Source: Eledone cirrhosa (taxonomy: Eukaryota). From it: a stretch of DNA of 64,000 nt. The number at the start of each line of letters is the position of its first letter. Positions within the stretch are counted from its first letter, which is position 1. Location of the stretch: the NCBI GenBank assembly GCA_964016885.1, contig OZ024740.1:163866001-163930000 (forward strand), given 5' to 3'. The position numbers and the translations under genes are program-made. The notes beneath the pieces are model-generated. The model saw nothing but the letters and a program-made list of their open reading frames with translations. It was not told the origin of the DNA and ran no database searches. Shown here piece by piece: positions 1 through 13,465 of this stretch.

Positions 1-249
1 CTGGTATACTCAGCTGTCTTTTACTCTCAGTTGCTTCATGCCAGGGATAAGCTCTGGCTCAATGAGCCCCAGTCTGGAGACAGACTTTATACATTTTTAG
101 ACAATAATATACATTACTAACAAAGGCAGAAAGGTGTATTTTATTACACTGACATCATAGTTGCTATTTATGTTACTGGTGGGACTTGAAATGAGAGCGT
201 AAAGGGATGTAAAAAAAGACTAGAATGTATTTTACTAACAATTTAAAAT

Positions 250-420
250 ATTGGTTTCTATTTGAGGGGCGGAGAAAGTTGATTAAATCAACTCCAGTAC
301 TTGACTGGTATTTTTACTTTATGAACCCCGGAATAGTGAAAGGTAAATTTGACCATGGTGAGATTTGAACTGAGAATGTAAATATCTGGAAGTAAATACC
401 ACGAAGAATTTTATCCACCT
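250..420 (-). mobile_element. Degenerate tRNA-derived SINE (SINE-A family of this window)
   Basis: Diverged match to the ACTGGTACTTTATTTTATCGACCCCG..GAAAGGCAAAGT..GATTTGAACTCAGA core found many times in the window; B-box-like motif on the minus strand. Confidence 0.7.
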
Positions 421-510
421 ACATGGTATTTAGTTCTGTTTTCATTCTGATTTCAAATCCTACCATGTTAAAGTTTGAGGTTTACTGACTATCAACGATT
501 TAAATTAATA

Positions 511-655
511 GGCGCAGCTATGGCTGTGTAGTTAAGGAGCTTGGTTCGCAATAACCTGGTTCTGGGTTCAGTCCTGTTTGCAGCACCTTGGATATGTGCT
601 CTCTACTATAGCCTTTGGTTGACAAATATCTTCTGGGTGAAATCTGGTGAACAGT
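511..655 (+). mobile_element. tRNA-derived SINE, second family (degenerate)
   Basis: A box-like TGGCTGTGTAGTTAAG and B box-like GGTTCAGTCC, followed by GCACCTTGG..CTACTATAGCC; related pieces near 63280. Confidence 0.65.
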
Positions 656-783
656 CACTTACTTACACACACACATATATATATATACACACACACACAT
701 ATATACATATATATACATATAGAGGTAGAACACTGGAAGGTAATATCCGTAGTGGTAGAGCACTCAGTCCATGGTACTGAGTA

Positions 784-821
784 CGAGCTGAAGATCCGCT
801 AAGGTGAAACAATTGTTCTCG
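784..821 (+). ncRNA. Type I minimal hammerhead ribozyme
   Basis: CGAG-CTGAAGA-tCCgctaaGGt-GAAA-CAATTGT-T-CTCG; stem I CGAG/CTCG, palindromic stem III ACAATTGT, GUU cleavage triplet. Confidence 0.8.
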
Positions 822-875
822 GTATGGTGAACTAACTGTTGTGTTACCACTTCTATATATATATATATATATATC

Positions 876-1705
876 AACTAGAAATAGATTGACACATATA
901 TATATAAAATAAACACATGAAACAATCTCGGGGAATAATTTGTAAAGTGTGTAAGCACACATAGCTAGGTAGGTAATTATTTAAAGTTTAACTAGAACTT
1001 CAAATATAGATACCTTTTAAAATGATTAATCTCTTTTGTATATATTTCTTTAAATAAAAAGTATATTTCACCAATTAATCAGTAAATCACAGCGGTTAAA
1101 TCCTGGTTGGTCACCAAAGGAGAAAATCCAACCATCTGTATTTACACAGCAAATGCAAATCTGTGAATGACTCGAACCACGTTGTATTTTATAAAAAATA
1201 CAGACATTGCACCGTGTCATCCCAGTGGCGTGAATAGGATTATCGACAGCTAGAAATAGCAGCCGAGTCCATTCAACTGAATTAGCTCTACAATCAAGGA
1301 GCCGTATATATATCCAAAATTAAATTAAGGTTGTCATGTCTGAGAGACATGCGCCATATTCCCTGCAGAATAAGCTCAAAGATTCCAATGAATAGATCCG
1401 AGCATTTTATATAAATTGATTTACTGATTAATTGGTGAAATATATTTTTTATTTAAAGAAATAATTGAAGTTCTAGTTAAACTTCAATTAGTTACCTACC
1501 TAGCTATGTGTGCTTACACACTTTACAAATTATTCCCTGAGATTGTTTCATGTGTTTATTTTATATATATATATATATGTGTCAATCTATTTCTAGTTGA
1601 TATAAAATGCTCGGATCTATTCATTGGAATCTTTGAGCTTATTCTGCAGTGAATATGGCGCATGTCTCTCAGACATGACAACCTTAATTTAATTTTGGAT
1701 ATATA
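876..1705. repeat. Interleaved inverted repeats A..B-A'-B'
   Basis: 876-1089 is the reverse complement of about 1417-1600, with an internal deletion; about 1306-1412 is the reverse complement of about 1600-1705. Confidence 0.9.
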
Positions 1706-2954
1706 TATATATATATAATGTCCATTTATGTCACTTAACTTAAAGGTTCGACAAAACGAGATTAATAAAATAAGTACCAGACTTGAAAAAATAAGTATTC
1801 TGGTCGATATGATCAACTAAATCAAGACGGTGTCCTAGCCTGACCGCATTCTAATGACTGAAACTTGTTAATAAGAAATAAAAAAATAAGCAATTGTTTC
1901 TTCTGAGTAAAATTATCTCCCCTGTAAATTTCTAACACGTGTAAAGACGTCGAGGGGCTGTACCGACCAAAATAGAGTAGAGATTACAAAAATATATTAT
2001 TCATCACTAGAATTTCATTATCTTAAACCCTTGTACGAGAGAACCTACCTCTTATATACAGAAAACACTTTCTAACTATTTAAAAAAAAAACAATATATA
2101 ATCAAAGAATCATATTAACATGTTCAAGGGAGGTTACTCTATACAAATATTTGTGTATTATCTTTCTTGAAGTAAAAATGTTACTACCCAAATAAAAGCC
2201 ATTTTTTTTATTGCTCAATCAAGTAGCGCCTATGTTCTCGTTTGCAAGGCAATTGAGACTGTTGTGAAAGAGGAAAACGGAAACCTCAATTCATGGGTTG
2301 CTGCAGTTGCAAACGGTCCATTAAAACAATGATTTAATCCTCAGATAGAGGTCCTAATCTGAATGCTTGCAATTGAGTTGATTCGTTAAAAGCACCCAAG
2401 GACCAGGGTTGTGTTAAACTGAGCAACACATTAATTCTAAATATGAGTAAACATATCATAGTTGAATATAATTTCATGCAACATTTCCTTAACATTCTGT
2501 ATATCAGTTTTGAATTTTGAAAAGAAAAGAAGCCGTGTTTACTGCTAATATTCACTACCGGAGCGGACTAGAATGAAAACTTGTTGACGAAGTAAATTCC
2601 ACTGTTCTATCTTCCAAAACCAATAACTTGCAGGCCGCTGCAAGTGGATTTTGTTGATTTCAGATTTACAGAAACCTAGCGGAGATATATAATATCAACG
2701 CGATGGTCCAGGTTTGTCTTTTTTTCCTGAGTCAGTTTTTTTGGTTGCTTTGGTCACTGCGGCTCGCTTATCGGTCGCTGTCTTCAATTTGCAAAGCTGT
2801 CTAAACGTAATGTTATAACTCTAAGGTAATATACCTTATTGAGTGCTTAGCTGCACACCCCGATTGCATTCGTTAGCTTAGCTGCAGCCAGAGCTTCGAT
2901 TATGCTGTACGAACTTTTGTATATATGTATATATATCTTCTTCTTCTTCTTCTA

Positions 2955-5900
2955 ACAGCTGCATTTATCTTGCTTTATGTTCATACGAGTTATCACCAAG
3001 TCACAACAAGTGACTTCAAGAGACAACACGGTCCGCCATGTTCAAGGAAGAACATACATACTCACACATGCATCTTTAGGTGTTTTGACTTGTGATGTAC
3101 TTATATTGACAGAATCTTCCTTAGTATATGGGCAGTTCCCATTAGTACTATCTTTTGTATTTCTCCTATACGCGGGTTTCCTGGGATTTGCGATAAGTAA
3201 TCATTATACCCCTTAGGTATCATTCCTAGAGCGCCTACAACCACTGGTATTGTTTTAGTTCTCAATTTCCACATTTTTCCAATTTCTATCTCCAGGTCTT
3301 TATACTTGCTCAATTTTTCAAATGTTTTAATAGATACAGTCTTGTCTATTGGAACAGACATATCAATTAGCAGGCATACCCTCTTTTTAAAGTCCTTTAG
3401 TATTATATCAGGTCTATTTGCATCTATTTTTCGGTCTGTTTGGATGCTAAAGTTCCACAAGATTGAGATGTGATCTTTTTCAAGTATGGGAGGTGGTTGA
3501 TGCTCCCACCAATTCTTTTGATGGGGCAGGTCAAAATTCTTACACATTATCCAATGTATGTATTGTGCAGCTCTGTCATGCCTGTTTAGGTATTCGGTTG
3601 GAGCTATAGGACTGCACATTGAAATTATATGGTCAATGGTCTCTGGTTGTTTTTTTATATACACGGCATAATGGGCTGCATCCATTTTTTATTATGTTGG
3701 TTTGGTAATTTTTTGTTGGCAGACACTGATCTTGTGCGGATATAATCAGTCCTTCAGTCTGCGATTTCAGTCCAGAGGATGCCAACCACTGATGGGTTAA
3801 AGTTTTGTCAACATCAGGATTGTTAGCTCGTTCTGGGTATTTTCCATACAGAGGCTTTTCTTGCCATTTCTTAGCCAGTTTCTGTAGCAGTTCTTTCTTT
3901 GCAGTTACTTTTACCTGCTTTGCTTTTTCTGTGTTTTCCATTTCAGCAGTAAATGGGACTTCTGAAATTTGTAGTCCATTACTGTATCTTTGTGCATCTT
4001 TTGTAATGGAGTATGATCTTTTGATGCTTTCGTGTTTCAAAACGAGTTTGATCATCCAATCATGTGATTCCCTTAGATATGTAGATAATCCAATTGTTGC
4101 AGTTTTCAACGCAATGTCTAACTGCATTAACCCACGTCCTCCTTCTTTCCTAGGGAGATATATTCTATCTGTATCTGCCTTAGGGTGATGCATTCTGTGC
4201 ATTCTGTGCATGGTTAAGAATTTTCGAATTTTTGTATCGAGCCTACGGATCTCTGTGTTTGACCAGTTGATGACGTTGTAACTGTAGGTTACTACTGGTA
4301 TGGCAAACGTGTTTATGGCATCGATCCTATTCCTTGCATTCAATTCCGTTCTTAAGATTGCTCTTACTCTGCGGTAACATTCCTTCCTTATCCTTTCCCT
4401 CATTGTCGAGTGCTTGATTCCGTCTCCTTCACAAAGACCTAGATATTTGTAAGTTTCCTCTTGATCAAGTTCTCTTATCACATTCCCCCGATCAAGATTA
4501 ATGTCTGAACTTTTCAGCAGCTTTCCTCTGGTGAACGTTGCTTTGGCGCATTTATCTAGTCCAAACTCCATTTTAATGTCATCACTGAACTGCTCCACAG
4601 TCGATAATAGCCCTTGCAATTGTTCATCATTTTTTGCAAATAGTTTCAGGTCATCCACGTAGAACAAGTGATTAATGGTTTTGTCATAGACTTTATATCC
4701 ATGTTTTGTTTCATTGAGCATTTTACTTAATGGTATAAGTGCGATGCAGAATAAAAGCGGTGATAAAGAGTCACCCTGAAAAATTCCACAATTAATATTA
4801 ACTTCTCCAGCTTCCAGTGATTTGTTTCATTATTCAAAAGGAGTGTCGTTTTCCATGTCTTCATACTGAATGACAACGGGAGATATTTTGAAAATCTCTA
4901 AACATTTTTCAATTCAACTGTGTGGCAAACTATCGAATGCTTTTTTTAATCTATCCAAGCAATTGATAGATTTTTGTGTCTATTATGACAATCTTCCAGT
5001 ATCCTTTTGTTAACCAAAAGCTGATCCTTACAGCCATATAAGCCACGTTTACACCCTTTCTGCTCAATGGGAAATAGGTCATTTGTTATCAGGTGGTCAT
5101 ATGTATATTCAGTTAGGACTGATGTTAACATTTTATACATTGTGGTCAAGCAAGTTATCGGTCTGTAATTTTTGGGATTGTTTGTCTCATCATTCTTCGG
5201 AAGCAGGAATGTAATGCCGTTAACTAGCCATGATGCTATCTTTTCTGGCTCCTTAACTATTTCATTGTAAAGTTGGGCTAACAGCTCATGAGACTCTGTG
5301 AAGGCATTTATCCAAAAATTTTGTATTTTGTCTTTTCCTGGGGATTTCCATTTGCTGGTTTTTCTAAGAGCCAAACGCAACTGTTCAACTGTTATATTTT
5401 CCCATATTTGTTCCTCAAGGTGAGCTGTATCTTTCATTTGTCTATCTATCCATGGGGCATGTATATTATGACCTTTTTCTTCGGCCCAGATACTTTCCCA
5501 GAATTCTTGCACTTCCTCCTTGGGTGGTATTGATTTAGCAGTTATTGTTGACTTTCCAATTTTTCTGTAGAAGTTTCTTTGGTTGTTTTTGAACATATTA
5601 TTGTCCTTATAGAATCTAGATCGTTTTTCAAAGCGCCTTATACGAGCAGCTTTGGCCGACACTTTTTGCTTGATTATTTCTATCAGCATGTCTATGTCAC
5701 TTGTTGATTTTATACTGTACTTTCTTTTCAATTTTCTAAGTTTAGTTTGTTTAACATGTTCACCTACTTTATAGTTTGTTAAAATTTCTATGTCAGATCG
5801 GAGAATGTTTATTTGGCGATTGATGTTCTCTTGCCAAGTAGATTTCTTGTGGGAATTCCTTTGTTTTTTCATTTTCACTCCACATATGTGAGTGGTGACT

Positions 5901-6808
5901 TTAGCCGATGCATAATAGAGATGATTTAAATCAGTAATGTTTAGTTTGTTTGTGATGATAATGTTTTTGAGAATTATGTTAGTCTTGTGTATTATCTTTT
6001 GGTTCTGTTTGGAGTTCTGGATCTTAGGGATGGTGTCTCGTTCCTCCATGTCAGATTCTTTCATTTTCATCCATTCGATCATAATTTCATCCTTCAAGTT
6101 GGCAAGTTCATTCTCATTCATTTCTTTATCATTTACAATCTCATTGTTTTCATTTTGAGTTTCATCTTGAGCATGCACTCCCTCCACTTTTTCGATCCTT
6201 TCTTTAATTTGTTCTGTTGTCAGTGATTCCGCCCCAACTCTGGGATTCGAAGTGTTACAGTTTACCTCGTTTTCACTGACACATATTTCATTTTCCCTTC
6301 GCTGACTTTGTGCTACTAGCTTGATCTGATCAATTTCTATATCAGTTAGTAACTTTTTTTTTACAATATTTCTTCGTATATTGGCTAGTTTGTTACTGTC
6401 AATATAGCCTCTGTTTTCGGGATGTTTCTTTTTCTAATTGATATATGTCTGTTCTGTATTCGATGTATTTGATGGGTAGTACATGGCAGTGTAGAAAGCC
6501 TCAAGAACTTCTTAATTATCTTCCCTTGACCATTTTTCTCTTTTTATCTTTGGATTTCTTGGTGGTGAGCATGGAGGGCCAACAGTAGGAGTATTCCGGT
6601 TATGGGAGGTCTCCAGCTCCGAAGTGATGGGAAGGTTTGAACCATTAGCTGATTTTTCGACCCCAGTCTGGTTCCTCTCTGAGGGACGCGGCCCTTTTTG
6701 ACCCGGGTGACGGCCGATCCGGTATGAGATTTTATCATTTGACATTTACTTTATTTTGTCGCGTTTTATCCTTATCCGCCAAGGGGTAATCATTTCGTGT
6801 TACCACTT
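2955..6808 (-). mobile_element. Near full-length R4/Dong-type non-LTR retrotransposon (family Dong-A); single ORF broken by stops and frameshifts
   Basis: ORF pieces 6745-6512, 6187-4946, 4721-3633 and 3685-3101. RT motifs [23 protein letters not shown] and GGRGL; CCHC-like zinc motif; RLE motif RPDII..KYKDL; flanked by (TAA)n and (GAA)n. Confidence 0.92.
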
Positions 6809-7049
6809 TATTATTATTATTATTATTATTATTATTGAATGCCATGGTTGACGGAGGCTCGGCTCTGTAAGGTATTGAACATTTTGACCGCTATAACAAT
6901 TGTAAATTGTTTAAAACTTTAACCAAATTGTAGACAAAAACACACTCCGCCTCGTGAGAGGGCTCTTTCTGCCCGCTATTTGGCCCTACGGGGTTAAATA
7001 ACCGCTTATTGGGGTTTTGTGCCCAATATTTATTTTAAACCAAAAAAAC

Positions 7050-9117
7050 ATGGCTACGAAAAAGAATTTTCATAGGTCACTCCCACTCATTCCATCTTCT
7101 TCCTCAATCGTCACTACAGCAGAGAGAAGATTGTCTCTCTCCCTCCCTTCTCTAAATGTGTCTCTCTCCCTCCCTTCTCTTTCGCAAGCGACGCCAGTAA
7201 AGAAAATTAGTTTACAAAATCACGTGAAAAACATGGAACATTTCTCCACGACGACGACAACGACGAAAAAGGTGTGCGGTAAATACGAAAACTCTTTTCA
7301 TTCGTCTGACGTCATGAATAATAGCAGTAGCAGCCGTAATAACAGCAGCAGCAGCAGCAACAGTGACAAGGAAAACAACAGTAGCAGCCGCAACAGCATT
7401 AGCAGCAGCATAAATAACAACAGCATTAGCAGCAACAGCAACAACAACAGCAGCAGCAGCAACAACAACAACAACAACCACAGCAACAGCGGCGGCGGCA
7501 GTAGTCGTAGTACCTGCAGCAACAACAAAAGTAACAGCAGCTCTGACGACAACAACAACAACAGCAGCAAAGAAAAACCAATCTCGTTTGCAGGTATCGC
7601 AAAGAACCTGGAAACCATCCTCATAACAAATGAGGAATTACAGGAAGCGAAGAAGATGGTGACGAAAACTGGACACAGCAATCCGCAAGGCAGCCGAAAA
7701 TTTTTTCGAAACCCAACAGCACTGTACGGTCACGTACCGTACAGTAAGCACAAAATCCCGTAGGGTTGAAAGAGCCACAGAGGCTCAAATACAAAAAGCC
7801 TTAGGGTCTGTGTGGCAGCGGAAAATGCATATCACTCGAGACAAGAAATATGCCACCGTAGACGTGCTTTTTGCCACACCCCAGGAGGCAAAGGCTCAAT
7901 CCTTAGTGACCCTAAGGAGCGAGGAAATGGTGTTGGTGCCCTCCTACTGCGGGCAAAAAATTGTGAGGGTCAAACTGAACCCCCCCCCCCCCCCCCCAGG
8001 ATGGCCCCTTCCTGGCTGGCCGCGTCTGTCCTAGTCGGAATCGAGGACAAAACAACTGTACTGCAAGTACAGAAAAAAGTAAGAGAAGATTGGGTCGGCA
8101 CCTCCATTGAGATGTTAATCCAAACCAACCAGGAGTGCATCGAAGCTAACCCGGATGTGATAGACTTCGATAATGGCACTCAACTGCCCATAAGTGCTGA
8201 GGGCAAACGCCCGAAATGCTTTCGCTGTGGATCGAAGACTCACCTCAGGGCCTTCTGCAACGAGAAGACACCGAGAAAGGAGAAAAGCCCCCTCCTTCCG
8301 AAACCGGCTTCACGGCTACCAGCAACAGGACAAGCGGCAACCAGGAACGATAGGTCCGTGGCACTCATACCCACGCCACGGAAATCAAGAACAGCAGTAG
8401 CAGTGGAAGTATTAACAACAACAACAGTAATACCAAATGCAGCTGCAATATAGACTCCACTGCAAACATCATCAACAACAACAAGTGAAAGAGTGGAGCT
8501 GGTACCCCTCTCCGACCTCACAGAATCAGACATGGAGTGTGAGGTGGGAGAGGGATGGCAAAAGGTCGCAAGAAGGCACAAACGCAGAAGCAGCGCATCG
8601 TCGCCTTCGAAAAGGGAGGAAAGAAATGAAAAAAGGGTAAAGGCTACTGCAAAGAGACTCACAGCAGCAACACCACCAACACCATCACCACCCACACTAA
8701 CACCACCATAACCACCGGCGACAACCCCACCGCCAACAACAACAACACCTTCAACACCACCACCACAAGCACCAACATCGCAAACACAACAACAAAACAC
8801 ACACACCCAGCAACAACGACAAGAAAATAGCAGAACCACACCCCACCTCCAGAAAAACAAATGCACGGCAATAAATACACACAACAAGAGACTAATGACT
8901 TACATAATTGAACACAGACATTTCACAGCACGACTACATAATACCAGCACCAATCAAAACGCCAACGAACATAAGACTGGTAAAAATAGCACAGAAACAA
9001 TACACAAACATTAAAACGAAATTCCACAACGCAGTTGGTGATTTCAGAGACCTAGGAAGGACTCTCAACCGGAGAGTATATTCGGACATACTCATAGAAG
9101 AGCCGACGTCCAGCTGA
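7050..9117 (+). pseudogene. Tx1 ORF1 (gag-like): poly-Ser/Asn tract, zinc knuckle CFRCGSKTHLRAFC, Thr/Pro-rich tail; frameshifted
   Basis: ORF pieces 7017-7763, 7810-8034, 7812-8453 and 8908-9117; frameshift at the poly-C run near 7980-7997. Confidence 0.75.
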
Positions 9118-9194
9118 AGGGACGATTCAACGGTCCCTTCACCAGAGGATCAAGTGAAAAGGGATGGAGAAACCATCCTTCCTCTACGAAAAGT

Positions 9195-12119
9195 ATGGTA
9201 AGTGGTCTTTCCCATCTTTTCCACTCCATTTTAAACAGGACCTCACTCAGAATAGGCAGCATAAGTGCGCGTGGCTTGGGGTCGTCATGGAAGCAGAGTC
9301 ACCTGCTCAACGACCTCAGGTCACTAAACATAGATGTAGTGGCCATCAGCGAGACCAGAATCTCCGAAGCACGGGTCTTCGCACCGATCTTCGGCGGCTA
9401 CGATGTGTACGCATCTCCCAGCCGTCCTGGATCGGGGGGAGGAGTTGCTGTGCTTTTTCGGAGAGGTTTGGATCTCGCCATACGGGCCATCTTCCTGGAC
9501 CCAGAGGGTAAGTTGGTGGTGCTGGACGTGACCAGCGGAGACGGGCAAGCTTTCAGGCTAGTGGCCGTCTATGCCCCGACAGGAGCAGGGCGGCCTGATT
9601 TCTTCCGGCGTCTGGAGATCTTTCTTATAACGTCCCGCTCTTTAGTGTTAGTGGGCGACTGGAACGGGATCTTAGATGCACGCTGGGACTGTGTGGGATT
9701 AGCGGATAGGGGTGGAGGGTGCAAGAGCCTCACCAACCTGCTCAGACGTTTTGAACTGTCTGACAGGTACCGATTGGATTTCCCGAATGTGCCAATGTGG
9801 ACTTGGACAAATCGCATAGGGTCATCCAGATCATATCTAGATAGAGTATTTTGTAGGGAAATAGATAGGTCTAGCATAGGCTGTCCACAATTCAAGATAG
9901 TCAGCTACACGGACCACAAATTCGTGATCTGTGTGCTTGACTTAGATAGGCTTCATAGACGAGGACCCGGCTACTGGAAGCTAAACGCGTCCTTACCAGC
10001 GCGCAAGGCCTACAGAGACCGGATTAGCGAACTAGTTAAGCGGGCGTTGACGGGGACCATCGTCAACAACAAGTGGTGGTTTGCTCTGAAAAGAGCGATT
10101 AGAATAGAATCGATTAGGTTTAGTAAGGCTTTAGCAATAGAGAAAAATAGAGCAGAGGGAGAACTAGTTAGAAAATTAGACGAGGCGCTTAGCAAAGGCA
10201 TTGCGACCGACGTGCTTGCGGCGAAATTGGCCCTTGACCAATTCTTCAATGCAAAGCACGAAGGCTGCGTTGTCAGAGCAAGGGTGCGTGCTCCCAGACA
10301 CGAGGGGACGAAAGCCGTTCAATGGGCCCGAGTGGCGGAGGCGCGTCGTGGCAACAAAGCCACGATCCGGTCTTTGGTGGACCACGACGGGCGCATGCTA
10401 CTCGATCCCGGGCAAATGTGTGAAGCTTTTCAGCGACACTTCGCTCAGCTGTTCGGGGGCAGCGGTGGGCCGGGTCGAGGGATGGACTTTAGTGTCTACC
10501 TCGACGGACTGCCGCGGCTCTCGGCCACTGAGGCGAGATGTTGCGAAAAGCCGATAACAGCCGCTGAAGAAAGGGAGGCAATGACTGGCTGCACAAGGGG
10601 TAAATCGCCTGGTTTGGATGGTCTGCCCTATGAACTTTACGTACAGATGCCAGACTTGTTCGGAGGCCTCTTGGCGGACGTCTACTGCAACTGGCAACAG
10701 AACGGGAGAATTCCCAATTCTGTGAGCCGAGGAGCGGTGGCACTGCCGAGAAAGGATCCGAACAAGGGGGATAACATAGAAAATTTCCGGCCCATAACCC
10801 TGCTAAACACAGAGTTCAAGATTTTGGCCAAGGTGCTAGCAAAGAGGTTGGCGCTTGTCGTTGGTGGTCTGGTGGGAGAGGCGCAGACATGCGCCATTCC
10901 CGACAGATCCATCCACGACAACCTCCACCTCATGCGATACATCGTAGAGAGGGTAGCTAGGGAACCTGGCACGGGTGGGTCCTTGATCAATTTAGATCAG
11001 TCGAAAGCCTTCGATAGGGTCGACCATCGTTACCTAGCGGCAGTCCTGAGGGCGGCTGGCTTTGGGCCCGTCTTCAGAGGCTGGATCGCTGCCATGCACA
11101 GCGACATCTGCTCTGTGGTGAGAGTGAACGGTCACCTGTCGGAACCGTTCAACATCATGCGCTCGGTCCGCCAAGGGTGTCCTCTCTCGTCCTTCTTGTA
11201 CGTATTGACTCTAGAGCCATTACTGCACAAACTGGAGACGTTGAGGGGCATCCCGCGCGAACTAGGATGCGGAAGATCCGTGTCAGCATACGACATCTCC
11301 ACCTCTTCCTCGACGGTGATCAGGTGTGGTCGCCGTTTGCTAGACACGTATTTCCCCAGCTCGTTTCCTTGACGGAGCTGCAGTCCTGGGTCAAGCGAAG
11401 ACCGAGAGGGAGCGCCTGGAGACTGGAATGTCTTCAGGCGCTCACAGCCCTCGACCAATCGGTTAATGTGATCGGTGGAAACTCCACCTCGGCGTTCTAT
11501 AGAGGATTAGTGGAGGGGAAGAGCGACGACGTACTTGCGGAAACTCTAGGCGTCGACGAAAATCAACTAGCCAATCTCTTCGGAAGAACTTTCGGGCCAG
11601 GGCCTATGGACAACTTCCAGAAATCTCTGGCCTGGCAGTGCTACCGAGGAGCCTTGCAAGTTCGGGATAAACTCTACAGGCATGGAGGTGCCGTCAGCCG
11701 GGCATGTCCGAGATGCGCGCAGGGCGACGAAACTGTCCTGCACGCACTCGTCCAGTGTCCGAAAATTGCTGACTTGTGGATTTGTCGAACACCTGCTGTC
11801 GCGTTTAGGACGGATCCGGCTATCATCTGAGTCTATCGTGAGGATTGCCCCGCCCTCCTCCTTTAGCCGGGAAGGGCAGGCAGTTTTTATCTGTCTGGTG
11901 GCCATGGCGAAAGAGATAGTATGGTGGACACGTTTGAAAGGGCTGAAGACGAGCACTTACCTCTTCGGTGATGCTCTGATTGACTTTTTCAAATTTCATT
12001 TGAAAAGGAAAATCAGAGTAGAGAGGGAAGTGCTCTCTTCCCAGCATTTTGTTGAAAGATGGGTGAGAGAAGCAAGAATGGCCCGAGTGAATGGGCGTAC
12101 TCTGAGTATATATCTGTAA
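9195..12119 (+). pseudogene. Tx1 ORF2: APE endonuclease, reverse transcriptase and C-terminal zf-RVT-like region
   Basis: VYAP, GDWN, SYLDRVF, TDH, YWKLNAS, KSPGLDG, NFRPITLLN, DQSKAFDRV, RQGCPLS; C-terminal CPRC..ETVLHALVQC. Confidence 0.9.
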
Positions 12120-12366
12120 ATTAAAGGTGGAAAACTGGGAGAGGGCACTTGCCTTGGTGGTCAGGGTCATTGTGGACTTTTACTGGGCTTTCTCCACAAA
12201 TGTCCCTCCGAAGTCTCCCCCCTATTGGGGAATTTTTCATTGTTATTTTTTGTTACATCCTCTGTTTTTGTTTTTTACACGCAGAAATACCCATTTGTAC
12301 CGTCCTGTATTGTCCTGCACTGTCCTTAATGTCTACTTTATGTAAACCCTTGTGGTTAATAAAGAA

Positions 12367-12407
<41 letters not shown>

Positions 12408-12408
<1 letters not shown>

Positions 12409-12582
12409 GGATTGGCAGTATCGGTAGGACGCCATGCTTTGACGCTTCGTTACGGCCCTTGCCATTCTGAGTTCAAAACCCGCCGAGGTTAACTTTGCCT
12501 TTCATCCTTACGGGGACGATAAAATAAAGTACCAGTAATACACTGGGTAATTGGTGGCCTTGTGCCAAAAGTAGAAGCAATT
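12408..12582 (+). mobile_element. tRNA-derived SINE-A
   Basis: GGATTGGCAGTATCGG head, B box GAGTTCAAAACC, (TTA)n tail. Confidence 0.85.
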
Positions 12583-13260
12583 ATTATTATTATTATTATT
12601 ATTATAAGGTTAGCATTTCTTTGTTTATTTTTTATATATGAATATTGATTGTTCCTTATATCTCATTCTGTTATTTTGCCCGAGAAAATATCTGTGTGTC
12701 ATCAAATGTTGTACACACATAGATATTTTTTCAATTTCCAATTGAGTTCTTAGCACGTGGCCTGAATTCCTTTCAGAGTTCATTGTCACGCGCATGTATT
12801 GTTTTTTTTTGGCGGTAATTCACTTCCTCATTTTTTTAATCAGTTCGAGCACTTCTTTCAGAATTGCTGGACTGGCAACCCGACAGATACCTCAGGCACA
12901 GAAAGTGATTATCGCCAAATGCTGATGTTGGTTAGATTATCAATATTAGTATTATTGGGGCACCGACTGATGAATTATAGGAGCCCACTTGAATATATAT
13001 CTATTGATGGTATACAAGCTCCTACATAAATTGGTAAAATTTCACCCAAATTGTAGGAATCCTATAATGAAACGAGACGTCCGTCTGGGAAGAGATATAT
13101 TAAATATGTCTCATTTGAAATAATACAGCCAATTTTCCACGCAATACTTTTAGTTAGCACCCTGAACACATAATTGGGAATATAATCACTTATTTCCTAA
13201 TGTTTGTTGAGTGAGTTGGAATTTGGCCGGAGTATCGCTAAAAAGCTTTCTCCGATATTG

Positions 13261-13311
<51 letters not shown>

Positions 13312-13314
<3 letters not shown>

Positions 13315-13465
13315 AACCAGTAAGGCCCCAACGGCTGAGCTCAAGCCGTTTCGACGGCTAATTCTGTCGGGGTCTTACTGGTTCCTATTACCCACTCTAC
13401 TACCCTAAGTATTGAGTACTTTGGTGCGTTATGGTCCACCTGGTTCCTTACCACATTTCCTTCGT

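Larger units (their letters stand above)
6837..12370 (+). mobile_element. Tx1/L1-clade LINE with ORF1 and ORF2; both ends present, internal deletion
   Basis: ORF1 with CCHC knuckle; ORF2 APE-RT; AATAAA near 12358; (TTA)n on both flanks. Confidence 0.9.

Noticed and set aside
2300-2900. Possible highly decayed Gypsy gag/protease relic on the minus strand (similar hint at 19040-19700)
   Set aside because: Only vague motif resemblance; cannot be supported without a profile search
7212-8887. Minus-strand poly-Leu/Val/Ala ORFs
   Set aside because: Antisense shadows of the trinucleotide-rich Tx1 ORF1
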